This document shows, piece after piece, positions 1 to 15,223 of a stretch of DNA of 64,000 bases (position 1 is its first letter; each line of letters opens with the position of its first letter). A model generated the notes under the pieces. It searched no databases. It was given only the letters and a program-made list of their open reading frames with translations, and was not told the origin of the DNA. The stretch is from Thalia democratica (lineage: Eukaryota): positions 3,224,001 through 3,288,000 of the forward strand of contig OZ241831.1 in NCBI GenBank assembly GCA_965202585.1, written 5' to 3'. The translations under genes were made by a program, and so were the position numbers.

Positions 1-3000
1 TTTTAATTTGTAAACTAATTGACTAGCGTTTTGATTATATACCACAATCAAGTTTTAAACGTTTTTGTTCAATTTAAATACAGTTTTATTACAATGAATA
101 CTATAAACAACAATAGTGAACTAACTGTTTTATTTTTAGAAAAATTCGCTAACTATTTATAAATGAAAAAAACAACAAATATCAACTTCTAACTTTTTAA
201 AATAATAAATTAAATTGTCTTTTTCGCTTATTAAAAACTATTAGAACAAACTGTAAAATTTGCATTTAAGGAACAGTTTTGCAAAAAAAACCTAAATAAA
301 ATTTATATACTTTAGAAATTAAAAAATCGATTGTACATGAAGGCTTTAAAACCTATAGAAGCTATGAAACTCCACTTTTAAACTAAACAAAAAATTGTTA
401 ATAGTTGTTACATACATGTTGTTCTAAGGTTAAAAAACTAATAAAAATTAAAAAACTTTGATTATTATTAGTCGTTAACGACTGTTTACAGAGGCTATTT
501 ATTTTGACAAAGCGAGTTTTATAACATCAAGAAAATAGAAAGTCTCATACTTAAAATCATAAAACGAAAGTTAGCTGAAATCGAATTAGCTAAAAACTTT
601 ACTTTAACAGACTTTTTTTTAATCTTTTTCATTTTGATTTATTATATTTGCTTATGTTAAAATTGACAGCAAATTTTTACTTGTGTACTCACTAGCAACC
701 CCTAGCGGAGGTAAATAAAAACAAATAAACCTAACGAAAACATTTTTAAATATGATCTATAATGAATAAAGTGTTTACTTTAAATTTAGAAAACTTGCAT
801 AGAACTATGGGCGATGCGTATTTACTAGGATCAATACTGAAACATTTATTCTTCCTAGTATAAACGTTAGAATTTTTTTTTAATGTTGCAAAGTTTATCA
901 GCTCTAAAGCTTTTGTTATCCCTGCTAAATTTCTTTCTTTCGATTATGTAATTGAAAAAAATTGTTTTGAGGGACAAAGCAATAAGACTTGTCCTTTTAA
1001 AAACATATACAAGGCATAAACTCCATAAGAATTAACAACAAACGTAGCTGAAAGAGATTGTTACTAAAATTAGTATAGTTTATTTTTTACAAGAGAAAAA
1101 ATACGTTTTGTAATTTTTTCCCTTTTTATTATTACGTTTTTTAAACAATTCATAAAGAGGAACCTAATAATGGCTCATAAGTATATACTTTTTTTTAAAG
1201 AAATAAATTTATATAGTGCAACTTCAAATATTGTGTTGGCCTCACTATACAAAAAACATTAATTTAAATGGTAGTAAACTTAAAATTCCAGTTATAAATA
1301 ATTTCTGATATACTTAAAAACTGAACAAATAAACTGTACATAGGTATGTAGTACAGTACTTAATAAATACAATACAATACATTCTTTTATGAGTTTTGTA
1401 ACATCAAATGTAAACAGCTAGTTTTAAAACTTATAGACAGAGTTTTTTATGTTCAAAATAATTTTCAGTGTTCAATGCGTTTAATTTAAAATTTACTTAA
1501 AACTACATTTTAATTCTACATGTTTATAGTAGAGCTGCAGTATACATTTTTATTGAACAATTTAATTTAAGTAACTTTATTATAAGTAATGAAAAAAAGT
1601 AACAAAATTGCTATGACTTCATTGCAAAAGTACTGATATTTCTATGTTTGTATAAAAAGTTTATTAATAATTTTAAATCTTTTTTTAAATTAATTCTACA
1701 GCTTAGAGCTTTGAAAAAGCAGTGTTTTATTTTTCGGAAGTCTACAATTTTGCTAGCACCTACCTCGATATAAAGCCGATACGTATTTAATAAATCTAAA
1801 GTTAAGCAACAAAATATATTCTAGAAGTAAAAAGGTTTTATACAATATGAAAAATTTTAAAAGTTCTTTTATTGTTTCAGTACTTTCTAACCATAGTATA
1901 TACTTTGCAAAAAATACTGAACCTGTAAAAAACTTCTTAAAAAAGATGATAATGAAGGTTTTACTTAGTATAGGTGCATAAAGTACACTTTAATTGTATA
2001 ACACTTCTAAAAGATGTTAAATAATAAAATGGAATACGTTAGATACTCTCAATAGTATAAAAAAATATAACACTATTAAGTGATATATTAATCATGGTAG
2101 TTTGTTGTTGTAACAAACAAAGAATATTTTTTGTTTTGTTTATCTCTGATAAACTTTAAAATTTCTTTGCTGCTTCCAAAGTAAAAAACAGTATGTTCAT
2201 ATTTTTTTAACAAACTACCTACTTATGTACTAGTTAAAAACAAAAAGTGGGATTAACTTTTAGTTTTAGTAAAACCATATGCTCGTTACTTTTGTAAACT
2301 TAAATATAATGTGTAGAAGTCTCATAAATAAATAGAAAACAAATTTAAAAAATTGATATTTTTTTGACACACATTCTTTAATTAAATTAAAATGTTTAAA
2401 AAAATTAGAACTGTAATAGTTTTTAGAGCTTAACAGTTGTTATTCTATTTTCTAAAAATAAGGTAGTATTGTATTAAAATATCACTTATATATACATGAA
2501 ACTAAGCGTTATTTAAAAATGACCTTAAAACACCTATATCTTTTATTAAGCGAAAATCTATAAAAATTAATACAGTATTACTTAAAAACATTTAGTTCCA
2601 TAATAAATAACGCACTATGAAACTTATTATAATAAATGATAATCAATCGAACTGATGCTTATCATTCAAGATGTTATCAAGTACTACTTATATAATATTT
2701 AAACATAAAGTTTATAAATTTACAACAGATGCTATAATAATTTTAAGCTTTGTTCATAAGGATACATCACTAATATTTTGTTTGATCTTGATTAGTTTTC
2801 AGCATGAGAAACTTACTGTAACTTGACAAAACCAAAGTTTGCTCAAATTATTTCTGCTTAAAAATAAATGAATTGTAGTTGACTTTCATAAATGTTAAGC
2901 ATTTAAATTTGCTTATAATAATTAAAACACGTTGTTAATATTGCTTTACTTCTTACCAAGTATATTGAGCAAGTTCTTTTAATCAAAAATGCGGAAGGTA

Positions 3001-6000
3001 AGTTAGTATATGGCATTATATGTATTTTTTCTTTATACTTTAATAAAATTCTTAAACTTGTCTATTTTGATAAACTTTGTCTATTTTAAAAGTTTGTGTT
3101 TGCAAAAAACCAAATTTTTGAACTTTTTCTGATATTCTTGTTTATAAACATGCACAAAACAAAACTAAACTAAAAACTAAGTAAACTTTTTGTTTTACTA
3201 CAGAATTTTCAATTAGTTGTTTACTGTTTGTCAGGCATATTTTTTAAAACTAAATTGAATCGTTTATTGGCCAAGAAAGAAGTCTTAATTAGTTTTTACA
3301 TATAACTACATTGATACTTTTTTTTTAAACTATGTATATATTATATTTATTTTCAGACTTTAATTTGAATAAAACTATATTTCTAAATTAAATGCTCTAT
3401 TACAGGATTAAAAATTATTTTTTATTTAGAACCTATCAATAAACAATTAACATACATCATTTTTTTAATAAAAATAGCTGGTCTCAATAAAATTACAAAT
3501 TGTTAATCATAGATAAACTTTGAAATTAAGTGCTTTGCAATATGTAAATACAAATCAATTTTTTTCTAATTATCGTTTTAGTTTTAGCAAAACATAAATA
3601 TTACTTTTGTTTAACTTACAATAACATGTGTAAATACCATATTTATAAAAGATATAATTAATTTTTTTTATAATTTGTATGGAATTTAAACATTTAAGTT
3701 TTAAACTAAGTATAAATGTCTTAACAAAGTTATAAGTGTGATTATATCAAAACGCTTATTTAAGTTTGGATTTCTTAAATTTTTAAGTTTGGTAATTTGT
3801 TTTATTTTTGCATTTATTGTTTATAAGTCTCATTTTATTTTACAATATATTGCAGAATATTTACATATTTCAAATCTTTGATTAACAAAAATTTAAAAAA
3901 CATTTAGTTAACTAGAAATCCCATTTAAAGAGGATGAAGCCAAGTGAAGTTAAATAAATAAATTTAAAGAAATAAAAATAAACTCATCCTCGTTACGCAA
4001 ACTTACCTTTTTTTTTTGACTTTCTAAAGTTTTTGTTAATCTATTTTCACGTTTTTTGTAAATAATCAACGTAGTTTCGTGATTTTGCTCATGAGCATTG
4101 TCTAGCTGAGGATGTAAAAATAATCTTTAAAATAGTGACCAGCAAATAGTTTCATTTGAACTACTTAAAGATAAAAATAGATTATTTAAAGAATATTTTT
4201 TTATACATAAATTTCTTACTTTAAGTAAAACATAGTTATAGGTAAATCTTTTTTTTATACAGAGTTTATAATAAAATGTTTAGTTGTATTTAAGCTATTT
4301 TAAACGTTATTCGAACAAGAATTAAAACAATATTTTTGTAGAATTATTTTAAAGGCGAGCAAAACTTATTAGCTTTGAAGAAAAAGTAAAAATGGAGTGT
4401 TTTATAATAGTGTTATAGGCTTTTACAGAAGAGTTTACTGGCCAAAGATAATAAGATATAAACCATTTTTTAAGTTTACAAAACTATTTCTAGGACGTAT
4501 AATTGTTTCTTAGTGCTTTTATTATGTGCTCGATTTGTGAGCTTGTCATTCAGAAGAACATTTAGTTTACAAATTTAGAAAAAAATTTTTGGAAGTTGAA
4601 TATCAAATAATTTAATATTTATTAAATATTTTCTTAGTAGCTAATAGTTTTTCATTAAGTAGATTTATTTTTATCAAGAAATTAGGTGTAAGGTAGTATA
4701 CTAAATTCAATGTACTACACTACTAAAAAGTAGTAAAAAGTTTGGTTAAAAAACTTGTTCCTTCTCATAGTGGAAGTGTAAATTAAATTTGTTAAATTTA
4801 AATATGTTTCTTTCTTGTAAAATAAAACAAAGCTAAGCTAAAAGTAAATAAGCTGTAAGTTTTTGTCTAAACATGTTGTTATTTATGCATTATTAATTAA
4901 TAGAGTATTCAGTTATTGTAGAAATATAATTAGCATTCATTTTACATTTATCATATATCTTATCTTTCAAAAAAGCTTGATGTTTTGTTTATCTTTGATA
5001 AACTTTAAAGTTTGTTTTTTGCCTTGTGCAAAATTAAATCTAATTTATACATAGTTTTTTAAAAATTTTCTCGCTTATATATAAAATTAGAAAGCAAAAG
5101 TAAAAGTATACCGTAACTAAAACGCTACCTTGATTTTGGTTTTATTAATCTTAAAAGCTTTGAAGTTCTGTTTACTATACAAACAATAAATAGACAAGTC
5201 TCAGTTTATACTAAAAAGTAATCACTATAGTTAAACTTAGTATATTTTTAATATTGTATTTTCAAAAACATATACTTAAAAAATGTAGTTTACTTATATG
5301 TTCAAAACAATGTTTACTTTTTTTTAAGTAGTTATTTAATAAAAGCCTATTATACCTGCGTTTATAAGAATATAACTCTTGGACTTTGATCGAAATTGAC
5401 TTGATTGTCTTTGTACTTATTTCTTTTTTTTCTGTAGAAACTAACTTAGAAACAAAAGTTTTTTTGTCTATCAAAAACTTGACTAGAATTATCCTTTAAA
5501 GGTACAAAAAAACACATTTTTAACAGCTGTAGTTTTATTTTATAAAAATTTGAACTATGATTTATCAAACTATTAAGAAACAAAATACACACTTTTTCAA
5601 AACATAATCAAAAAGGTGGAGACGGGTCAAAATTACACGAAGACAAAATTTCACGGGGGGAACAAAATTGCACGAAAATACTTTTGCACTAAGACAATTT
5701 TGTACAGAGGGTCAATTTTGCACCAAGGGTCAATTTTGCAAGAGTAACATTTTTGACTTGAGTAAAAAAACAGAAAAAAAAATCTAAAAAAAAAAATAGT
5801 TATAAAAAACAAAAGAAAAATAATAATACAGAATAAGATAAATAAACAAATGAAAAAATAAATAAAATAGTTATAGAAAAAATAACAATAATAAGAAAAG
5901 AAATTACAAAGAAAATCAAAAGCTTTCGACCAAGGGTAAGGGTTAAGGGTAACATTAAAAGTAAAAAAAAAGATTAAAAATAATAATAACTTACCGAAAT

Positions 6001-9000
6001 AATAATAAGTTTATTAAGTTTAATTTTATATTTACTCTTTACAACTGTTCTATTATTGTTTAATTTATCACATTTCTTGGTTAAAATCGATTACTGCAAC
6101 TATTTCTAACTTATCACGATCTGCGGAGACAATTTTCTACACAATCCGGTCTGCAAACATTTATTTCAGATAAATTGGCCCGTGAATTATAGAAGACGGC
6201 TAAGCCGAGCACTGCCCTAGGATGTTTGTTGGACCCCTGTTAAAAGTTAACACTATCAAAATGAATAAAAAGTATCGACCTCAATTATAAAATTTTAATT
6301 TGTAAACTAATTAACTATCGTTTTGACTAGTATACCACAATTAAGCTTTAGGTGCTTTTGTTCAGTTTAAATACAGTTTTATTACAATGAATACTATAAA
6401 CAACAATAGTGAACTAACTGTTTTATTTTTAGAAAAAGTCGCTAACTGTTTATAAATGAAAAAAACAGCAAATATCAACTTATAATTTTATAAATTAATT
6501 AATTAAATTGTCTTTCTCGCTTATTAAAAACTATTAGAACCAACTGTATAAATTTGCATTTAAGGAACAGTTTTGCAAAAAAAAACCTAAATAAAATTTA
6601 TTTACTTTAGAAATTAAAAAATCGATTGTACATGAAGGCTTTAAAACCTATAGAAGCTATGAAGTTTTACTTCTAAACTAAACAAATAAAACATTAATAG
6701 TTGTTACTTACATGTTGTTCTTAGCTTAAAAAACTAATAAAAATTAAAAAACTTTGATTATAATTCGTCGTTAACGACTGTTTACAGAAGCATTTTATTT
6801 TGACAAAGCGAGTTTTATAACATCAAGAAAATAGAAAGTCTCATATCTAAATTCATAAAACAAAAGTTTGCTGACATCGAATTAGCTAAAAACATTACTT
6901 TAACAGATTTTTTTTTTTTTTTTTTTTTTGATTTATTATATTTGTTTATGTTAAGATTAACAGCAAATTTTTACTTGTGTACTCACTAGCAACCTCTAGC
7001 GAAGGTAAGTAAAAACAAAAAAACCTAACGAAAAACAAACTTAAATATGATCTATAATGAATAAAGTGTTTACTTAGAATTTAGAAAACTTGCATAGAAC
7101 TATGGGCGATGCGAATTTACTAGGATCAATACTGAAACATTTATTCTTCCTAGTATAAACGTTAGAATTTTTTTTTAATGTTGCAAAGTTTATCAGCTCT
7201 AAAGCTTTTGTTATCCCTGCTAAATTTCTTTCTTTCGATAATGTAATTGAAAAAATTCGTTTTGAGGGACAAAGCAATGGCACTTGTCTTTTTTAAAAAC
7301 ATATACAAGGCATAAACTCCATAAGAATTAACAACAAACGTAGCTGAAAGAGATTGTTACTAAATTAGTATAGTTCATTTTTTACAAGGGAAAAAATACG
7401 TTTTGTATTTTTTTCCCTTTTTAATATTACGTTTTGTAAACAAGCCATAAAGAGTAACTTAATAATGGCTCAAAAGTATATACTTTTTTTTAAAGAAATA
7501 AATATGATATAGTGCAACTTCAAGTATTGTGTTGGCCTTACTGTACAAAAACAGTAAATTAAATGTTAGTAAACTTAAAATTTCAGTAATAAATAATTTC
7601 TGATATACTTAAAAACTGAACAAATAAACTGTACATAGGTATGTAGTACAGTACTTAATAAATACAATACAATACATTCTTTTATGAGTTTTGTAACATC
7701 AAATGTAAACAGCTAGTTTGAAACTTATAGACAGAGTTTTTTATGTTCAAAATAATTTTCAGTGTTCAATGCGTTTAGTTTGAAATTTACTTAAAACTAC
7801 ATTTTAATTCTACATGTTAATAGTAGAGCTGCAGTATACATTTTTATTGAACAATTTAATTTAAGTAACTTTATTATAAGAATTGAAAAAAGTAACAAAC
7901 TTGCTATGACTTTAGTGCAAAGTTACTGATATTTCTATGTTTGTATAAAAAGTTTATTAATGATTTTAAACTTTTTTTCAATTTAATTCTACAGCTTAGA
8001 GCTTTTAAAAAGCAGTGTTTTATTTTTCGGAGGTCTAAAATTTTGCTACTATCTATCTCGATATAAAGCCGAAACGTATTTAATAAATCTAAAGTTAAGC
8101 AACAAACTATATTCTAGAAGTAAAAAGGTTTTATACAACATGAAAATTTTTTTTTAAGTTTTTTTTTATTATGTCAGTACTTTCTAAGCATAGTATACAC
8201 TTTGCAAAAAATATTTAACATGTCAAAAGCTTCATAATGAAGTTGATAATCAAAGTTAAATTTAATATAACTGTATAAAGTATACTTTAATTGTATAACA
8301 CTTCTAAAAGATGTTGAATAATAAAATGCAATACATTAGATACTCTCAATAGTATAAAAAATATCACACTATTAAGTTGTATATTAATCATGGTAGTTTG
8401 TTGTTTTAACAAACAAAGAATATTTTTTGTTTTGTTTATCTCTGATAAACTTTAAAATTTCTTTGCTGCTTACAAAGTGAAAAGCAACATATTCATATTC
8501 ATATTTTTAACAAACTACCTGCTTATGTACAAATTTAAAACAAAACAAAAAAATGGGTTAACTTTTAGTTTTAGTAAAACTATATACTCGTTACTTTGGT
8601 AAACTTAAATATAATGTGTAGAAGTCTCATATGTAACTAGAAAACTAATTTAAAAAATTGATATTTTTTTGACACATATTCTTTAACTAAATTAAAATGT
8701 TAAAAAAAAATTAGAGCTGTAATAGTTTTTAGAGCTTTACTGTTGTTATTCTATTTTCTAAAAATAAGGTAGTATTGTATTAAAATATCACTTATATATA
8801 CAAGAAACTAAGCATTATTTAAAAATGACCTTAAAATAACTATATCTTATATTAAGCGAAAATCAATAAAATACAGTATTACTTAAAACATTTAGTTCCA
8901 TAATAAATAATGCACTATAAAACTAATTATAATAAATGATAAACAATCGAACTGATGCTTATCATTCAAGATGTTATCAAGTACTACTTATGTAATATTT

Positions 9001-12000
9001 AAACACAAAGTTTATAAATTTACAAGAGATGGTATAATAATTTTAAGCTTTGTTTATAAGGATACACCACTAATATTTTGTTTGATCTTGTTTAGTTTTC
9101 AGCATGAGAAATTTACTGTAACTTGACAAAACCAAAGTTTGCTCAAACTATTTCTGCTTAAAAAATAATAAATTGTAGTTGACTTTCCTAAATGTTAAGC
9201 ATTTAAATTTGCTAACACTAATTAGAACACGTTGTTAATATTGCTTTACTTCTTACCAAGTATATTGAGCAAGTTCTTTTAATCAAAAATACGGAAGGTA
9301 AGTTAGTATATGGCATTACATGTATTTTTTCTTTATACTTTAATAAAATTCTTGACTTTGTCTATTTCGATAAACTTTGTCTATTTTAAAAGTTTGTGTT
9401 TGCAAAAAAACAACTTTTTAAACGTTTTCTGATATTGTTGTTTACAAAAATGTACAAAACAAAACTAAACTAAAAACTAATTAAACTTTTTGTTTTACTA
9501 CAGATTTTTCAATTAGTTGTTTTCTGTTTGTCAAGTATTTTGATTTTAACTAAATTGCATCGTTTATTGGCCAAGAAAGAAGTGTGAATTAGTTTTTTCA
9601 TGTAACTATATTTATACTTTTTTTAGACTATGTATATATTATATTTATTTTCAGACTTTAACTTGAATAAAACTATATTTTTAACTGAAATGCTCTATTA
9701 CAGGATTAAAAATTATTTTTTTTAGAACCTATTAATAAAATATTAACATACATCATTTTTTTAATAAAAATAGCTGGTCTAAATAAAATTATATTTTATT
9801 AATCATAGGTAAACTTTGAAATTAAGTGCTTTGCAATATGTAGATACAAATCATTTTTTTTTAATTATCGTTTTAGTTTTAGCAAAACATAAGTTTTACA
9901 TTTGTTTAACTTACAATAACATGTCTAAATACCATATTTATGTAAGATACAATTAATATGTTTTATAATTTGTATAGGATTTAAACATTTAAGTTTTATA
10001 CTAAATATAAATGTCTAAACAAAGTTATAAGTGTAATTATATCAAAACGCTTATTTAAGTTTTGATTTGTTAAATTTTTAAGTTTGGTAAGTTGTTTTTT
10101 TTTTGCATTTATTGTTTATAAGTCTCATTTTATTTTACAATATATTGCTAAATATTTATATATTTCAAATCTTTATTAAACAAAATTAAAAAAAACATTT
10201 ATTTAACTAGAAATCAGATTTAAAGAGGATGAAGCCAAGTGAAGGGAAATAAATAAATTTAAATATAATAATATAATATATTAATATATATAAAAATACA
10301 TTCATCCTGTTACGCAAAATTTCTTTTTTTTTTTTTGGCTTTTTAAAGTTTTTTGTTAATCTTTTTTCAAGTTTTTTGTAAATAACCAACGTTGTTTTAC
10401 AATTTTGCTCATGAGCATTGTCTAGCTGAGGATGTAAAAATTATCTTTAAAATAGTGACCAGCAAATAGTTTCATTTGAACTACTTAATGACAAAAATAA
10501 ATTCTTTAAAGAATATTTTTGTACTTACTATAAGTAAAACATAGTTGTAGGTAAATCTTTTTTTTATACAGAGTTTTTAATAAAATATTTAATTGTATTT
10601 AAGCTATTTTAAACGTTGTTCGAACAAGAATTAAAACAATATCTTTGTAAAAGTATTTTAAAGGCGAGCAAAACTTATTCGCTTTTGAAGAAAAAGTTAA
10701 AAATGTAGTGTTTTATAATAGTGTTATAGGCTTTTACAGAAGAGTATACTGGACAAAGATAATAAGATAAAAACCATTTTTTAAGATTACTAAACTATTA
10801 CTAGTACATATAATTGTTACTTCGAGCTTTTGTTATGTGATCGATTTGTGAGCTTGTCATTCAGAAGAACATTTAGTTTATAAATGTAGAATTTTTTTTT
10901 GGAAATTGAATATCAAAATAATTTAATATTTATTAAACATTTTCTTAGTACCTACTAGTTTTTCATCAAGTAGATTTATTTTTATCAAGAAATTAGGTGT
11001 AAGATAGTATACTAAATTAAATATACTACACTACTAAAAAGTAGTAAAAAGTTTGGTTTTGATATAGTTAAAACTTGTGCCTTCTTATAGGGGAATTGTA
11101 ATTTAAATTTGTTAAATCTAAATATGTTTCTTTTTTGTAAAATAAAACAAAGCTAAGCTAAAAGTAAATAAGCTGTAAGTTTTTGTCTAAACATGTTGAT
11201 ATTTATGCATTATTAATTAATAGAGTATTCAGTTATTGTAAAAATATAATTAGTATTCATTTTACATTTATCATATATCTTATCTTTCAAAAGAGCTTGA
11301 TGTTTTGTTTATCTTTGATAAACTTAAAAGTTTGTTTATTTGCCTTGTGCAAAATTAAATCTAATTTATACATAGTTTTTTATAAATTTTCTCGCTTATA
11401 TACAAAATTAGAAAGCAAAAGTAAAAGTATACCATAACTAAAACGCTACCTTGGTTTTGGTTTTATTAATCTTTAAAGCTTTGAAGTTCTGTTAACTATA
11501 CAAACAATAAATAAACAAATCTCAGTTTACACTAAAGAGTAAGTACCATTGCTTTACTGCGTGTATTTTAAAAATTAAATATTCAAAAAAAAACTTTTAA
11601 AACTTAATTTACTTTTATGTTCAAAACAATGTTTACTTTTCTCTAAGATTTAATCAAAGCCTATTGTACCTACGTTTATAAGAATATAACTCTTCGACTT
11701 TGTACGAAATATTATGTCAAAGTTGACTTGATTGTCTGTGTACTTATTTCATTTACTTCTGTAGAAACTAACTTAGAAACAAAATTTGTCTATCAAAAAC
11801 TTGACTAGAATTATACTTTAAAGGTACAAAAAAATCACGTTTTTAACAGCTGTAGTTTTATTTTCTAAAAATTTGAACTATGATTTTATCAAACTATTAA
11901 GAAACAAAATGCACATTTTTTCAAAAGATAATCAAAAAGGTGGAGACGGGTCAAAATTACACGAAGACAAAATTGCACAAGGGGAACAAAATTGCACGAA

Positions 12001-12299
12001 GATACTTTTGCACTAAGACAGTTTTGTACCAAGGGTCAATTTTGCACGAGTAACATTTTTGACTTGAGTAAAAAAACAGAAAAAAAAAATCTTAAAAAAA
12101 TAGTTATATAAAAAAAAAGAAAAAGAATAATAACAGAATAAAATAAATAAACATATGAAAAAATAAATAAAATAGTTATAGAAGAAATAACAATAATAAG
12201 AAAAGAAATTACAAAGAAAATCAAAAGCTACCGACCAAGGGTAAGGGTTAGGGGTAACAGTAAAAGTAAAAAAATTAAAAATAATAATAAGTTACCGAC
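1..12299. repeat. ~6.3-kb tandem segmental duplication (1-5998 vs 6293-12299; extends off the left edge)
   Basis: Position 1 aligns to 6293 and stays colinear with scattered substitutions and indels to ~5998/12299. Confidence 0.97.
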
Positions 12300-12581
12300 C
12301 GAGGGTAAGGGCTAGGGGTAACAATGATAGTAAAAAAAAGTTTTAAAAAAAAGTTAATAAAAAATTAATAATAAATAAAAAAAATTCAACCCGTGAAAAA
12401 TTGTCTGCTCGAACAAAAGTGTCTTCGTGCAAAAGTGACCCTTCGTGCAAAAGTGATCCTTCGTGCAAAAGTATCTTCGTGCAATTTTATCCCCTCGTGC
12501 AAAGGTGGCTTCATAAGTATCTTTGTGCAATTTTGTGCACTCGTGCAATTTTGTTCCCTCGTGCAAACTTGACAGCTACCC
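11939..12581. mobile_element. Foldback/MITE-like non-autonomous DNA element with tandem-subrepeat inverted arms
   Basis: Left arm has ~19-bp AAAATTGCACGAAG-type units; right arm has their reverse complement (CTTCGTGCAAAA/TTTT). It is absent from the paralogous site near 14455 and has A-rich flanks (TCAAAAA / TAAAAAA). A truncated copy lies at ~5615-5998. Confidence 0.85.
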
Positions 12582-14951
12582 TAAAAAAGTATCATTGAAT
12601 AACTACTCTTTTGCTTAAAATTGTTCTTGTATTAAATCACGATAAAAAATTGTTTATTTGTTATGCATACTACGTAGTTTAATTTATATATGCAACATTG
12701 CCTTAGTAGATAATAGCTTATAAAATAAAAAATAATATAAGATTAAAACAAATAAAAAAGACTTCAAAACATACCAAAGCTTATACATTTATATTCGTTT
12801 GTACTAAAAGCATAGAAAAAATATGAAGTTTATGCTTTGCACTTTGCAGCTAACACATTTTAATTAATTTATGTTCTAGTTATCATTAATAACCGATTAA
12901 AATAACATGTTTTTGTTACCAGCGAGTATTTGTATTATACTTCTTATTAGCATTACAGTAAAAAAAAGTCATAACTAACTTTTCAATACATGTAACAGAT
13001 TTCAAAGTTAAAAAATTGTGTAGTGTAATATTAAATTACATATTTATGTGTTTTAATTTTGACATCTGATAGATGTCGGCAGGCAATTGTCGCAAACCAA
13101 AAGTCGGCAGGCAATTGGGGGTCGTGGGCCAAATTTCAAGTTTAAAAATATTCGCGGGCGGCAGTTTTAATTTTAGTCACAATTTAATAATCTTTATATT
13201 TTAGTTTTGGTCACACACAATAGAACATTGTTTTAGTTTTATAAAAGTAACTTAAATACCTAAACAAAACTAAGTTTTCTTATTATATTATTTATGTCAT
13301 CTTTACATATAAATATTGAAGATGAATGCTTCCCTTTGGTGCAAGAAAAGATTTACAACCTACCAACTTCCAGACCAGAGTTTATAAATGTAGAAAAAGT
13401 TTTTTTTGGAAGTTGAATATCAAAATAATTTAATATTTTTTAAATATTTTCTGAGTACCTACTAGTTTTTTATCAAGTAGATCTATTTTTATCGAGAAAT
13501 TAGGTGTAAGGTAGTATACTAAATTTAATGTACTGCACTACTAAAAAGTAGTAAAATATTTGGTTTTGATAAAGTTAAAACTTGTTCCTTTTTATAGTGG
13601 AAGTGTAAATTAAATTTGTTAAATTTTAATATGTTTCTTTCTTGTAAAATAAAACAAAGCTAAGCTAAAAGTAAATCAGCTGTAAGTTTTTGTCTAAACA
13701 TATTGTTATTTTTAAATTATCAATTAATAGAGTATTCAGTTATTGTAAAAATATAATTAGTATTCATTTTACATTTATTATATATATTATCTTTCAAAAA
13801 AGCTTGATGTTTTGTTTATCTTTGATAAACTTAAAAGTTAGTTTTTTGCCTTGTGCAAAATGAAATCTAATTTATACATAGTGTTTTATAATTTTTCTCG
13901 CTTATATACAAAATTAGAAAGCAAAAGTAAAAGTATACCATAACTAAAACGCTACCTTGGTTTTGGTTTTATTAATTTTTAAAACTTTGTAGTTCTGTTT
14001 ACTACACAAACAATAAATAAACAAATCTCAGTTTATACTAAAAAGTAAGTACCATAGCCTTACTACGTGTATTTTAAAAATTAAACATTAAAAAAAAAAA
14101 TTTAAAACTTAATTTACTTATATGTTCAAAACAATGTCTACTTTTCTCTAAAAAGTAATTATTTAGTAAAAGCCTATTGTACCTGCTTTTATAAAAATAT
14201 AATTCTTGGACTTTGATCGAAATCTTATGTCAAGGTTGACTTGATTGTCTGTGTACTTATTTTATTTACTTCTGTAGAAACTAACTTAATAACAAAGGTT
14301 TTTTTGTTCTATAAAAAACTGACTAGAATTATCTTTTAAAAGTACAAAAAATAAAACACATTAAAATAAAATGGTTTTTTTTTTGAAAAATTTAAACTAT
14401 GATTTAATTAAACTGTTACGAAACAAAATACACATTTTTAATAAACATATAACTAAAAAATTACTTTTGAATAATTACTCCTTTGCTCAAAACTTCTATT
14501 TTATTAAGTTACGATAAATATTTGTTTATCGTTTAAACATATTACGTAGTTTATTTTATATATGCAACGATACCTTAGTAGATGATAGCTTGCAAACTGA
14601 AAAACAATATAAGATTAAAACAAGTTAAAAAGACTTCAAAAATATCAAATCTTAAACATGAATAATCTTTTTACTGGAAGCATAAAGAAACGTGTAGTTT
14701 ATACTTTTAAACGCAGCTAATAAAATATAGTTATTATTTTTGTCTAGTAAATAATAATAACAGATTAAAAAATAATGTTTCTTCCACCAGTTTGTATTCA
14801 TGCTATACTTCATATTAGTATTACAGTAAAAAAAACTCATAACTAACTTAAAAATTCATGTAACTGATTTAAAAGTTAAAAAATTGTGTAGTGGAATATG
14901 AAATTACATATTGAAGTATTTTAACTTTGACTTATGTTAGTAGTGTTAAAC

Positions 14952-15100
14952 CAGGGGTCGGCAGGCAATTAGGGCTCGCAGGCCAAATTTCAAGTTTCAA
15001 AATCTTCGCTGGCCGCATATTTAGTTTTAGTCACACTTTAATAATCTTTAGATTTTAGTTTTAGTCACACACAACAGAACATTGTTTTAGTTTTATACAA
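14952..15100 (+). mobile_element. hAT (Buster-type) MITE end CAGGGGTCGGCAGGCAA; duplicated at ~13100
   Basis: CAGGGGTCGGCA terminus, GGCC(C)GC subterminal motifs, flank TGTTAAAC with central TA. Confidence 0.65.
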
Positions 15101-15223
15101 GTATTTACCTAAACTTAAACACTTAAAAAGTTAAGTTTGCTTATTTTATTATTTATATCATCTTTACAAATTACTATTGAAGATGAATGAATCCCTTTGG
15201 CACAAGATGTACCACCTACCAAC

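Noticed and set aside
4863-5054. Repeated TTG-start ORF MSKHV... (also at 11183)
   Set aside because: AT-rich chance ORF repeated only because of the segmental duplication; broken in the third copy.
6111-6236. Minus-strand 40-codon frame GSNKHPRAVLGLAVF... after TTTTAACAG
   Set aside because: The apparent acceptor is the CAGGGGTCC terminus of the hAT MITE family, and the segment has its GGCCCG-type subterminal motifs. A MITE end explains it better than an exon.
7074-7283. 69-aa ORF with IDPSKFASPIVL, faintly like a gypsy RT motif
   Set aside because: No other RT motifs, the paralogous copy has a stop, and there are no convincing splice sites.
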